DNA from: an uncultured Gammaproteobacteria bacterium
GTDB lineage: Bacteria > Patescibacteriota > Patescibacteriia > 2-01-FULL-39-33
Length of the DNA stretch: 64,000 nucleotides
NCBI GenBank assembly: GCA_964558935.1
Contig: CAZLFP010000002.1
Span: forward strand, 16,356 to 80,355
Reading direction: 5' to 3'
Within the stretch, counting starts at the first letter, position 1. The number at the start of each line of letters is the position of its first letter. Of the stretch, positions 20,429 through 28,939 are shown in pieces. A program made the position numbers and the translations under genes. A model generated the notes under the pieces. The model was not told where the DNA came from and did not search any database. It saw nothing but the letters and a program-made list of their open reading frames with translations.

Positions 20429-21277
20429 ATGGCTGATAACGAAGTCAAATTCTCTTTCGGAGTGAAAGAGATTATCGTCACGGTGGTGACCTTGGTGTTG
20501 GTGGTTTTGTTGGTTTCCGCCACCGTGGGAAATCACAAACTGGGCTTTTTGGCGGCATCGGTCGTGTTGAGCATCGTGCTCAACAAGTATCTGTTGTCTG
20601 TCGAGAAGCAGGGTACAGCCATCGGCAGGTGGCTAAAGCAAAACAAGGTTAAGGAGTGGTGTCTGTTTGGCATCATTCTGCTGATCTTGCTCTTCCTGTT
20701 TATCAGTACGCTGGCTATCGATCCGTTTGACATGCTCAGGCAGATCGGCAGTCAGCCTAATCAAGGACAAGCTGACAACCAGCGAATCACCTTTCTCTTG
20801 CTGGCAGTCATTGTCTTCGGCTGCATAAGCTATGAGATGATTTTTGCCAACAAGCACAAGAAGAAGTTTTGGTTCTTGTGCGCAGTATTGCTGGCGTTGA
20901 TGCTGCCCACCTACAGTCTGCCGACTCAGGAGGCTGTCAAGAGTGTAAAGCAGGTCAGCAGTCATGTAAATCATTGGGTTAAGGCAGAGTCGGCTGCTTT
21001 AAAACCTAAGCCTCAAGCTCCGAGGGGGCCACGCGTGGTCTGCCGTAAGGAGGTTGAGGTAAAACCGGGTGAAAATACGACCGATGTGCTGCTGACTCAA
21101 GGCCAGCTCATTCGGCACTATTTCACACCCACAACCCCCACGATTTCATGGGCACCGGACGGAGAACCGACCAAGCAAGGTCAGCTGTTCGGTCCGGTGA
21201 GTGGTACCTACTACCACAACATCCACGTAATAGATCAAAGGTCGGGTTCGGTCATCGTCGAGGTGATTGAGCCCTAA
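20429..21277 (+). CDS. Hypothetical polytopic membrane protein with C-terminal soluble domain (cassette gene 4)
   Basis: AAGGAGA SD lies 6 nt upstream of ATG (MADNEVKF). Five predicted TM helices followed by an approximately 100-aa hydrophilic tail. Confidence 0.55.
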   Translation: MADNEVKFSFGVKEIIVTVVTLVLVVLLVSATVGNHKLGFLAASVVLSIVLNKYLLSVEKQGTAIGRWLKQNKVKEWCLFGIILLILLFLFISTLAIDPFDMLRQIGSQPNQGQADNQRITFLLLAVIVFGCISYEMIFANKHKKKFWFLCAVLLALMLPTYSLPTQEAVKSVKQVSSHVNHWVKAESAALKPKPQAPRGPRVVCRKEVEVKPGENTTDVLLTQGQLIRHYFTPTTPTISWAPDGEPTKQGQLFGPVSGTYYHNIHVIDQRSGSVIVEVIEP

Positions 21278-21283
21278 CCGCAA

Positions 21284-21334
21284 CGGCGGGAAAGTTCGTA
21301 TACTTTCCTGCCGTTTTCTATTTATCTTTTTTTT
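21284..21334 (+). terminator. Rho-independent terminator closing the cassette
   Basis: CGGCGGGAAAGT tcgtat ACTTTCCTGCCG (12-bp stem with one G:U pair) followed by a T-rich tract. Confidence 0.75.
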
Positions 21335-21353
21335 GGTATAATACACTATAATA

Positions 21354-21809
21354 ATGAATACTAAAATTATGCAAAAAATTATCATTTTCTTAATGCTATT
21401 TACAGCCTTGTTTTCACTGGCTGCTACTGTAAACGCGCAACCCGCCATGATGACAGCTGGTCCAGGTGGTGGTATCGGAGGAGGAAACACTCCACCCTTG
21501 GGCGGTGGTAACACTCCCCCAGCAGTTTCAGGTGGCGGCTCTGCTGTTGAATTGAGCAATCCTTTGAATAATGAAGGCAGTCTTGAAAAAACGGTTAATA
21601 ATATCATCACTTCAGTTTTGGGAATTACCGGTGTACTGGCTTTACTGGCTTTTATTTACGGCGGTGTACTTTGGATGATTTCATATGGAGACACGGCCAA
21701 AATTCAAAAAGGCAGAACCACCATGATTTGGGCAGTGGCCGGTCTGCTCATAATCTTCAGTGCCTACGCCATTATTAATTTGGTCTTTGACGCTTTGGGA
21801 GTACAGTAA
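21354..21809 (+). CDS. TrbC/VirB2-like (T4SS-type) pilin candidate
   Basis: Signal peptide ending AATVNA. Gly/Pro-rich linker. Two C-terminal TM helices separated by a short loop. 151 aa. Extended -10 TGGTATAAT upstream. Terminator downstream. Confidence 0.55.
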   Translation: MNTKIMQKIIIFLMLFTALFSLAATVNAQPAMMTAGPGGGIGGGNTPPLGGGNTPPAVSGGGSAVELSNPLNNEGSLEKTVNNIITSVLGITGVLALLAFIYGGVLWMISYGDTAKIQKGRTTMIWAVAGLLIIFSAYAIINLVFDALGVQ

Positions 21810-21824
21810 ATAGTCAATCATCTA

Positions 21825-21850
21825 ACCACCCTGCTCAGGGTGGTTTTTTA
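21825..21850 (+). terminator. Rho-independent terminator after pilin gene
   Basis: ACCACCC tgctca GGGTGGT followed by TTTTTT. Confidence 0.75.
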
Positions 21851-21913
21851 TTTACTTGACAAAAATATATAATGGGTATATATTCATAATATATTAAGTC
21901 ATAACATAAATAT

Positions 21914-22162
21914 ATGCCAAGATTAGACGGCAGTGGACCACAAGGTCTGGGAGCCGGGACTGGCTGGGGTATGGGCCCTTGCGGTGCTGGTCTGAGAAGA
22001 GGTCGTACAGGTTTGGGTAGAGTGTTTGGCTGGCCAAAGTCTGGCTATGGCCGCAGATACTTGAGCCGATCTGAAGAATTAAATGCTTTAAAGGAAGAGA
22101 AGGCTGATCTGCAAGCAGATCTAAAGGTTTTGGAAGAAGAAATTAAGACGTTGAGCAAGTAA
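21914..22162 (+). CDS. DUF5320-family protein (N-terminal MPRxDGSGP...G-x-G...C motif and C-terminal coiled coil)
   Basis: Start MPRLDGSGPQGLGAGTGWGMGPCGAGL then heptad-like ELNALKEEKADLQADLKVLEEEIKTL. 82 aa. Confidence 0.5.
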   Translation: MPRLDGSGPQGLGAGTGWGMGPCGAGLRRGRTGLGRVFGWPKSGYGRRYLSRSEELNALKEEKADLQADLKVLEEEIKTLSK

Positions 22163-22225
22163 AGATGATACAAAATAACTCCCGTAACTAAAGTTACGGG
22201 AGTTATGATATAATATACGATATAT

Positions 22226-22510
22226 ATGACCAGACCTAGATTATGTCGCCGAATCAAATTTAATCCGGCAATCAAATACTTTAAACCTCAGGGCGTACCT
22301 TTGCGTGAGCTAGAAGTGATCTATCTAACAGCTGAAGAAGTTGAAGCTTTGAGATTAAAGAACATTAAGAAACTAAGTCAGGTCGAGTCTGCTCGTCAGA
22401 TGAAAACTTCACAAAGTACCTTCCAAAGAATATTGTCTTCAGCTTACTCGAAAATATCATTGGCTATCATTCAAGGTAAGGCGATTCAAATCAGTTCAAC
22501 CACCAAATAG
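22226..22510 (+). CDS. DUF134/UPF0251-family predicted DNA-binding protein
   Basis: MTRPRLCRRIKFNPAIKYFKPQGVP ... AEEVEALRL ... resembles the DUF134 N-terminal pattern. 94 aa. Confidence 0.55.
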   Translation: MTRPRLCRRIKFNPAIKYFKPQGVPLRELEVIYLTAEEVEALRLKNIKKLSQVESARQMKTSQSTFQRILSSAYSKISLAIIQGKAIQISSTTK

Positions 22511-22988
22511 TGAAGTTTAAGACCGAGGCAAAACTGACCCAGGCCAGATAGGGAATCAGTAGATAAGCAGCCGGTTTAGATAGTCGGTAGAAAAGCAACA
22601 TAGTCCAAATAATGGCAATGATTAGTACCACGATTTCACATACAGCAGCTAAAGGATTTTGCAGGCCAAAGAACAGTACAGACCACAGAATATTTAACAT
22701 TAATTGAAAACCAAAAACAACGACCGCTGATCTGATCAGTGGTTTTTTAATACCTTGTCTGATAACTAAAAACAAGCTGATTCCCATTAGAATAAAGAGG
22801 GTGGTCCAAACAGGTGCAAACACCCAGTTAGGAGGATTAAAAACCGGTTTGTTTAGATCAGCATACCAATTGGGTATTTGAGGAGTTGTAAAAAAACTAC
22901 CGATAAAACCGGCGGCGTTTGTTAAGAGAATACAACCTATTAAGAGCGTACCTTGTTTAAGTGAGTTGTTAGATTGGATTTTTTCCAT
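22491..22988 (-). CDS. tspO: TspO/MBR family (tryptophan-rich sensory protein) membrane protein
   Basis: 165 aa. Five TM helices. Trp-rich loops (PNWYADL, NPPNWVFAPVWT). Family-typical length. Confidence 0.75.
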   Translation of the reverse strand: MEKIQSNNSLKQGTLLIGCILLTNAAGFIGSFFTTPQIPNWYADLNKPVFNPPNWVFAPVWTTLFILMGISLFLVIRQGIKKPLIRSAVVVFGFQLMLNILWSVLFFGLQNPLAAVCEIVVLIIAIIWTMLLFYRLSKPAAYLLIPYLAWVSFASVLNFTIWWLN

Positions 22989-23081
22989 ATTAGTATTATA
23001 CCATATAGATTTGACATCTGGGTATTCTCAGATTAAGATACAAACAGTAGTTTGTTCTTATCCAACCAGGAGGGTTTCTGT

Positions 23082-23541
23082 TATGGCTCTAACCAACCAC
23101 ACTTGGTATGAATGGTCAATGCAGCAAAGAGTGGATCAGTCTTTGAAGTATTGCCGACCAACCCTAGTATCTTCTCATGTTGTGGGTGTTTTGTTTGATA
23201 TCCTCTTTTCCTTTGTCTCAACTCTGGAGAAGATGCTGGAGTTTGAAACGGGACAGATTTTGGTGTGCAAGGCCAGTATCTGGGATGACAGGATTGTGAT
23301 CGAAGTCTGTCGTGCTCTGGCCAGACAGGTGTGTGCAGATCCCAAACAGTCTGCCGGAGTTCTGTTTGAGCCAAAATTGGAGTATGTCAGCTTGAGCCGG
23401 TATTGCTCATGTTCAATCACCAATACCAGAATCGCCTACCATCATCATGGCTGTAATTTAACCAGCCAAGAATTGGGAGGACTGGAATCGCTGGCTAAGG
23501 TGATTGCTGATGTCTTACAGACAGATCTGCCCAACTCGTAG
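23082..23541 (+). CDS. Hypothetical protein (start uncertain)
   Basis: ORF open from 22966 but overlapping tspO. Internal Met at 23082 was chosen as the start. No motifs. Confidence 0.3.
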
Positions 23542-23630
23542 TCGACAATTAGCTCATCATAGCGATGAGCTTTTTTATTGCTGATTGGCTTGTCATCAGG
23601 TACAATAGATGTGTAAAGATAAACAACTAT

Positions 23631-25142
23631 ATGACAAACAAACCGATTGTTTTAATTATTTTGGATGGTTGGGGTTACTCTGAAGAAACACAGTATAACG
23701 CCATCTTTGAAGCAGAAACACCTTTTTTTGATCAACTCTGGCAAAAATATCCCCACACTCTGTTAGAGGCCAGTGGTCAAGCGGTTGGCTTGCCTGAAGG
23801 TCAGATGGGTAACAGTGAAGTTGGTCATACCACCATTGGCGCCGGCAAGATCATTGACACAGATTTGGTCAGAATCTCTAAAGCAGCTCAAGCGGGTGAA
23901 TTTGCCACCAATCCGGCCTTTGTGCAATTATTTGATCATGTTAAAGAACACAATTCCACCTTGCATATTCAAGGTTTAATCGGTCCCGGTGGTATTCATA
24001 GCCATAGTCAGCATCTGGAGTATTTCTTGAAAGCAGCCAAGTCTGCCGGCATCACAAAAATTGCCATCGATGCCTTTACCGATGGCAGAGACACGCCTCC
24101 GCAAAGTGCAGCTGATTACCTGAAAGAGTTGGAAGATATTCTAGACGATATTGGCATCGGCTTTATTGCCACCGCAACCGGTCGCTTTTATGCTATGGAC
24201 AGGGATAATAATTGGGAGCGCGTTAAAAAAGCCGAGTCAGCCATCTTTGACTGCGACGGCAGAGTCTGTCGCAACCAGAGGCCATCTCAGGTAGTGAAAG
24301 AACTGTACCAGACAGGGGTCATTGATGAATATTTGGAACCGATTGTTTTCTTGGATGACCATAATGATGCTTACCCCATTCGCCAGAATGATGGTGTCTT
24401 GTTTTTCAATTTTCGAGCTGATCGAGCCAAAATGATTTCCCAAACAATTTTAAATAAAGCTCAAAATCTGAATCTCCGTTTTGTCACCATGACTAAATAT
24501 GATGATAATTACAACTGTTTGGTCGCTTTTGAGCCGGTTGAAATTGAAACAACTCTGGCCAAGGAAATCTCGCAAGCCGGTTATAGTCAAGCTCATATTG
24601 CCGAAACAGAGAAATTTGCTCACGCCACTTATTTTCTAAATGGAGGTCAAACCCAACCTTATCCTCAAGAAAAACACATATTAATTGAGAGTCATAAAGA
24701 TGTGGAATCCCATGCCTTAAAGCCCCAAATGAGAGCTTCGGAAATTACTCAAGCAGCACTAACTGCCATTCAAGAAGGTACAGATTTTATTTTCATCAAC
24801 TATGCCAATCCAGACATGGTGGGTCATACGGCAGATATACCGGCGATCATCCAGGCTCTGGAAGAAGTAGATCGACAGCTCCAGCTGTTGATACCGGCCA
24901 TAGAACAGGCCGGCGGTTTGGCCATTATCACCGCTGATCATGGCAATGCTGAATTCAATCTAGACGTACAAACGGGTCAAAAGCATACTGCCCACACTGC
25001 TAACTTGGTACCGTGTCTGATCACGGATGCTCAGGTTACTTTGCAAACAGGTGGTTTAGCGGATGTTGCCCCCACTATTCTTAAATTGATGGGAATTGAA
25101 AAACCAGTCAGTATGACTGGACAATCGCTGTTAGACAATTGA
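23631..25142 (+). CDS. gpmI: 2,3-bisphosphoglycerate-independent phosphoglycerate mutase
   Basis: Start MTNKPIVLIILDGWGYS. Metal-binding and Ser-phosphotransfer motifs present. About 503 aa from the internal ATG. Confidence 0.92.
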   Translation: MTNKPIVLIILDGWGYSEETQYNAIFEAETPFFDQLWQKYPHTLLEASGQAVGLPEGQMGNSEVGHTTIGAGKIIDTDLVRISKAAQAGEFATNPAFVQLFDHVKEHNSTLHIQGLIGPGGIHSHSQHLEYFLKAAKSAGITKIAIDAFTDGRDTPPQSAADYLKELEDILDDIGIGFIATATGRFYAMDRDNNWERVKKAESAIFDCDGRVCRNQRPSQVVKELYQTGVIDEYLEPIVFLDDHNDAYPIRQNDGVLFFNFRADRAKMISQTILNKAQNLNLRFVTMTKYDDNYNCLVAFEPVEIETTLAKEISQAGYSQAHIAETEKFAHATYFLNGGQTQPYPQEKHILIESHKDVESHALKPQMRASEITQAALTAIQEGTDFIFINYANPDMVGHTADIPAIIQALEEVDRQLQLLIPAIEQAGGLAIITADHGNAEFNLDVQTGQKHTAHTANLVPCLITDAQVTLQTGGLADVAPTILKLMGIEKPVSMTGQSLLDN

Positions 25143-25203
25143 CTACATGTATAAATTCGGCTAAAATACAGCTGGTTGAAAATCAATCTGTCAGGAGGTT
25201 AAC

Positions 25204-25671
25204 ATGGTACGAGGTGTGATTTGGGATTTTATGCGCACGTTGTATGATCCTGAATCAGGATCATTGACGGCCGGAGCCAGGTCGGTCTTAGAGCATTGTA
25301 AACAGCATGATTTACCCATGTGTTTACTCAGCAGTCAAGGGTCAGGCAATCGAGAACAGCAGATTCAAGCTTGCGGTATCCAACACTTCTTTGTTGATAT
25401 TCAGATAATTGCAGGTCATAAGACGGCAGAGCATTTCATCTGGGCGTCTTACGCCATGGATGTTATACCCAGAGATATTCTATTGATCGGAGATCGGGTT
25501 AAGAAAGAGATTGTCTTGGGTAACCGATTTGATGCCACAACTGTATGGTACCGCAGGGGTAAATTCGCTCAGGAAGAACCCGGCAGTCAGATTGAAAAGC
25601 CAAATTATACGATTACGGATCTCAAGCAAGTTATTGAGATTCTGTTACAGCTTACGGCCTGTCCGAGTTAG
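25204..25671 (+). CDS. HAD-like hydrolase family protein (degenerate motif I)
   Basis: N-terminal VIWDFMRTL resembles the DxDGT motif. C-terminal LLIGDRVKKEI resembles HAD motif IV. 155 aa. Confidence 0.4.
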   Translation: MVRGVIWDFMRTLYDPESGSLTAGARSVLEHCKQHDLPMCLLSSQGSGNREQQIQACGIQHFFVDIQIIAGHKTAEHFIWASYAMDVIPRDILLIGDRVKKEIVLGNRFDATTVWYRRGKFAQEEPGSQIEKPNYTITDLKQVIEILLQLTACPS

Positions 25672-25683
25672 GACAGGTCTTTT

Positions 25684-27027
25684 TTATATCACTGAACCCA
25701 GCAAAGGAATGGCCAATCTTTTTCTGAGAGTTTCGCCTGGCAATAGATTAATAGAGCGTTGCGTTTTGGTGCCTCTGTCATTCTGATGAGTAGCTTTGGT
25801 CATAGCCTCAAAGCTAGAGCCCATAAACAAAGTGTGCTTACCATAACGCTTAGACAGCTTATCTAAACTACCAAAGACAGTTTCCATTTTTTCAGCTTTT
25901 AAGACTTGTCCAAATAAATCCAATTGGTAGTCTTTCTGATCGGTTAGTCCCAGTAAGACAGCACCAGTGGCTCTGTATTCAATTTTAGGATTGTAAACGA
26001 ATTTAAAATATTTATCTACCAAATCTATAATTTCAGTCGGAATAATGGTAGCCCTGGATAGTTTAACTTCTAATCCATAATATCTGAAATCCTGACTCTT
26101 TAGGTAAAAGAAAAATTTAGTGGCAGCTAGTCCATGGCGCCTGGCTTTAATACAGGCATTTTCAATATTCTTAGACAATTGAGAAAAAACCATTTGTCTG
26201 GCACTAGAGGGTGGAGTAAAAGTTTTAGTTTTACTAATTGACTGATATTTATGTTTAGGTTTTTTATCTAACTCATACACTACCTTACCTCTTAGCTCCT
26301 GCCAAATCTCATAATGAGGTTTAGTCATTTTAGCTTTAACCCAATCTTCAGATTTGGTAGCAAACTCTAAAGTAGTGTTAATACCAAACTGTTTTAAGTA
26401 AGCACTGGTTTGAGGTCCAATGCCCCACACTTTATCTATGGGTAGTTTAGCTAAGAATTTATGAATGTCTCTACCTGGAATAGGAGTGTAACCAGAAGGC
26501 TTTTTCCATTTAGAAGCAATCTTAGCTAAAGATTTAGTTGGGGCTAAGCCTAAAGAAAAAGTAATGCCCAGTTCTTCATCTAAAGTGTATTTAATTTTGG
26601 CTGCTATTTGTTGGTAAGACATGTTAAGCGGACGCCTTAATCCGGTGAGTTCCGCAAAGCATTCATCAATACTGTATTCTTCTACAGCTGAAGTAAAACG
26701 TCTGACAATATTATACATGCGCATGGAAAACAAACTGTATTTCTCATAATCTGAAGGTAAAAAAACAGCCTCCGGGCAGATTTTTTTAACTTCAAATAAT
26801 CTCATTGCTCTGGTAATGCCCCTGGCCTTAGCCTCATAGCTCATAGAAGAGACAATGCCTCTTTCCATGCCGGTTACCACTGGTTTGCCTCTCAGTTTGG
26901 GATTAGTTGCAATTTCACAAGAGGCAAAAAAACAATCTCCATCTATGTGGATTATAGCTCTGGGATAATTGAATAAGTTTAAGGGTTGGGTCATAAGTTT
27001 AATATTTTCTGATAACAGCTTTGACAA
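25684..27027 (-). CDS. dinB: Y-family translesion DNA polymerase (DinB/UmuC-like)
   Basis: N-terminal IIHIDGDCFFASCE ... GKPVVTG catalytic motif. 447 aa. Overlaps the lexA stop, so they form an operon. Confidence 0.88.
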   Translation of the reverse strand: MSKLLSENIKLMTQPLNLFNYPRAIIHIDGDCFFASCEIATNPKLRGKPVVTGMERGIVSSMSYEAKARGITRAMRLFEVKKICPEAVFLPSDYEKYSLFSMRMYNIVRRFTSAVEEYSIDECFAELTGLRRPLNMSYQQIAAKIKYTLDEELGITFSLGLAPTKSLAKIASKWKKPSGYTPIPGRDIHKFLAKLPIDKVWGIGPQTSAYLKQFGINTTLEFATKSEDWVKAKMTKPHYEIWQELRGKVVYELDKKPKHKYQSISKTKTFTPPSSARQMVFSQLSKNIENACIKARRHGLAATKFFFYLKSQDFRYYGLEVKLSRATIIPTEIIDLVDKYFKFVYNPKIEYRATGAVLLGLTDQKDYQLDLFGQVLKAEKMETVFGSLDKLSKRYGKHTLFMGSSFEAMTKATHQNDRGTKTQRSINLLPGETLRKRLAIPLLGSVI

Positions 27028-27565
27028 TCGCAGTCACCTTTAATTCCGTATCCGGCATGATTGTCTTATATTTCTTATTAGCCGGAATTAAAAATATTTT
27101 GTTGTTTTCTTTTTTAAAATATTTCATGGTCCATTCACTATCTACTTCAGCAATGACAATATCTCCGTTCCTGGGTTCTAGCCCTCTCTCCACTAGGACT
27201 AGATCCCCAGGAACAATACCTGCCTCGATCATGGAATCGCCACTGACCTTTAGCATAAACGTGGCCTCTTGGTTATTAATTAAAAAATCATCTAAAGACA
27301 TGGTATCTGCTAATTCTTCTTCAGCGGCAGTAGGAAACCCAGCTTGAACAGTGCCTAAAATCTTAACACTCTCAGCTAAAGAATCAGGGATGAGCTTGCC
27401 ACTTTCATCTTTTCTCACAAATCCCTGGTCAACTAATTTATTAACTAGCTTAAAAACAGAATTCTTAGATTTAAAACTAAACAAGTCCATCATCTCCTGG
27501 TAACTAGGAAGGCGTCTGAACTTAGAATAGAATTTTCTAATTTTGTTTTTTTCTCTTTCGTTCAT
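26999..27565 (-). CDS. lexA: LexA repressor (wHTH plus S24 peptidase)
   Basis: 188 aa. N-terminal wHTH. Cleavage and catalytic region VQAGFPTAAEE ... KVSGDSMIEAGI ... with Ser/Lys dyad. Confidence 0.85.
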   Translation of the reverse strand: MNEREKNKIRKFYSKFRRLPSYQEMMDLFSFKSKNSVFKLVNKLVDQGFVRKDESGKLIPDSLAESVKILGTVQAGFPTAAEEELADTMSLDDFLINNQEATFMLKVSGDSMIEAGIVPGDLVLVERGLEPRNGDIVIAEVDSEWTMKYFKKENNKIFLIPANKKYKTIMPDTELKVTAIVKAVIRKY

Positions 27566-27577
27566 AATCTCAGTATA

Positions 27578-27593
27578 GTGAACGATTGTTCAC
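27578..27593. promoter_or_regulatory. LexA (Cheo-type) box GAAC-N4-GTTC in the lexA / SRAP divergent region
   Basis: gtGAACGATTGTTCac, 13 nt upstream of the lexA start. Palindromic. Confidence 0.65.
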
Positions 27594-27655
27594 CTGTCAA
27601 GTGGATAACTATCTTTGGTTTGTTTATCTTTAAAAATGTATTACAATATAGACAT

Positions 27656-28303
27656 ATGTGTGGAAGACTATCACTGGGAGTAACTAAAAAAGACTTGGAA
27701 AACTATTACAATTCCAAGCTGACTTTTAGTTTCAGACCGACTTACAATGCAGCTCCTTCTCAGACACTCCCTATTGTTAAAAACAATAATCCTAACAAGA
27801 TAGTACCTGCTACTTGGGGTTTTCTACCTGAGTGGATGCAAGATCAAAGACCAGCTGGATTCATAAATGCTAGGTCAGAAACTATCTTTGAAAAACCAGC
27901 TTTTAAAAAAGCTGCTAACTCACAAAGATGTTTAATACCAGCTGATGGTTTTTTTGAATGGAAGAAGATTGGAAACAGAAAACAACCATACTACATACAT
28001 TTAAAAGATAAAGGTATTTTTTCTTTGGCAGGACTCTGGGAATCTTTTAAAAAAGGATCTAAAGAAATATTAACTTTTACCATTCTGACAGTAGAACCTA
28101 ATTCTCTTATAAAAAAAATACATAACAGAATGCCTGTTATGTTAGACAAAAAACAAGAACAGATTTGGTTACAAGAAAATAACACATCTCAATTAAAAAA
28201 AATACTAGATCCCTTTAATTCTTTAAAGATGAAAGCTTATCCCATAAGTCTCTCAATAAACACTCCTGCTAACAATGACCCCAAGTATTTAGAACCAGTC
28301 TAA
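27656..28303 (+). CDS. SOS-response-associated peptidase (SRAP/YedK/HMCES family, DUF159)
   Basis: Starts MCGR (catalytic Cys2). Motifs PSQTLPIV, INARSET, PADGFFEWKK and HNRMPV. The ORF-track start at 27578 was trimmed to this ATG. Confidence 0.85.
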   Translation: MCGRLSLGVTKKDLENYYNSKLTFSFRPTYNAAPSQTLPIVKNNNPNKIVPATWGFLPEWMQDQRPAGFINARSETIFEKPAFKKAANSQRCLIPADGFFEWKKIGNRKQPYYIHLKDKGIFSLAGLWESFKKGSKEILTFTILTVEPNSLIKKIHNRMPVMLDKKQEQIWLQENNTSQLKKILDPFNSLKMKAYPISLSINTPANNDPKYLEPV

Positions 28304-28354
28304 TATTGACTTATTCTAACTATTGTGTTACCATAAGATGGTAGTAAGAATCCT

Positions 28355-28429
28355 GGGGGCGTAGCTCAGTTTGGTTAGAGCGCCTGCCTGTCACGCAGGA
28401 GGTCGAGGGTTCAAGTCCCTTCGTCCCCG
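28355..28429 (+). tRNA. tRNA-Asp (GUC)
   Basis: Cloverleaf read by hand. Acceptor GGGGGCG/CGTCCCC. Anticodon loop CTGTCAC. T-arm GGTTCAAGTCC. CCA not encoded. Confidence 0.88.
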
Positions 28430-28485
28430 CATTACAATGCAATATTAAACTCCCTGACAAGGGAGTTTTACTGTATAATAAAAAC

Positions 28486-28878
28486 ATGAAAAAGATAAAT
28501 AAAAAAATAAAAGACAGAACTGATAAGTGGATGTTGAGTAACGTGGTTAATGCTTGGGATAATCCCATTTTGTTTATATTTGTTATGGGCCTGAATCTAT
28601 TTTTTTGGTTTGATCAATTCGGTTCAAATTACTCAATTGTATTTTTATATTTCATTGGACTGATATCTTTATTATTAATACAATTAATAAAATTTAAAAT
28701 AATTCCATTAAATGAGTTGGCTCAAAGTAAAAGCAGGGTAAATGATATCATCTTGTATTTAATAATATTGCTTATGATTTATGGAGCAGTCTCGATTATC
28801 GTCTTGACTGTGATAGGTACAATGTTGGAACTAATGATTTTAATTGAATTGATAATGGATTTTAGAAGTATAGCTTAA
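28486..28878 (+). CDS. Hypothetical small membrane protein
   Basis: 130 aa, AT-rich, 3-4 TM helices. Confidence 0.45.
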   Translation: MKKINKKIKDRTDKWMLSNVVNAWDNPILFIFVMGLNLFFWFDQFGSNYSIVFLYFIGLISLLLIQLIKFKIIPLNELAQSKSRVNDIILYLIILLMIYGAVSIIVLTVIGTMLELMILIELIMDFRSIA

Positions 28879-28939
28879 TCTCTTGTTGGTCATCAAAGAA
28901 AACACCCCCGAAGCCTATCTTAGACTTCGGGGGTAAAGG

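Noticed and set aside
22177-22204. Perfect 12-bp hairpin AACTCCCGTAAC/GTTACGGGAGTT after the DUF5320 gene, considered as a terminator.
   Set aside because: It is not followed by a U-tract on either strand. It is kept only as a note within the pilin/DUF5320 finding, as a possible regulatory or processing hairpin.
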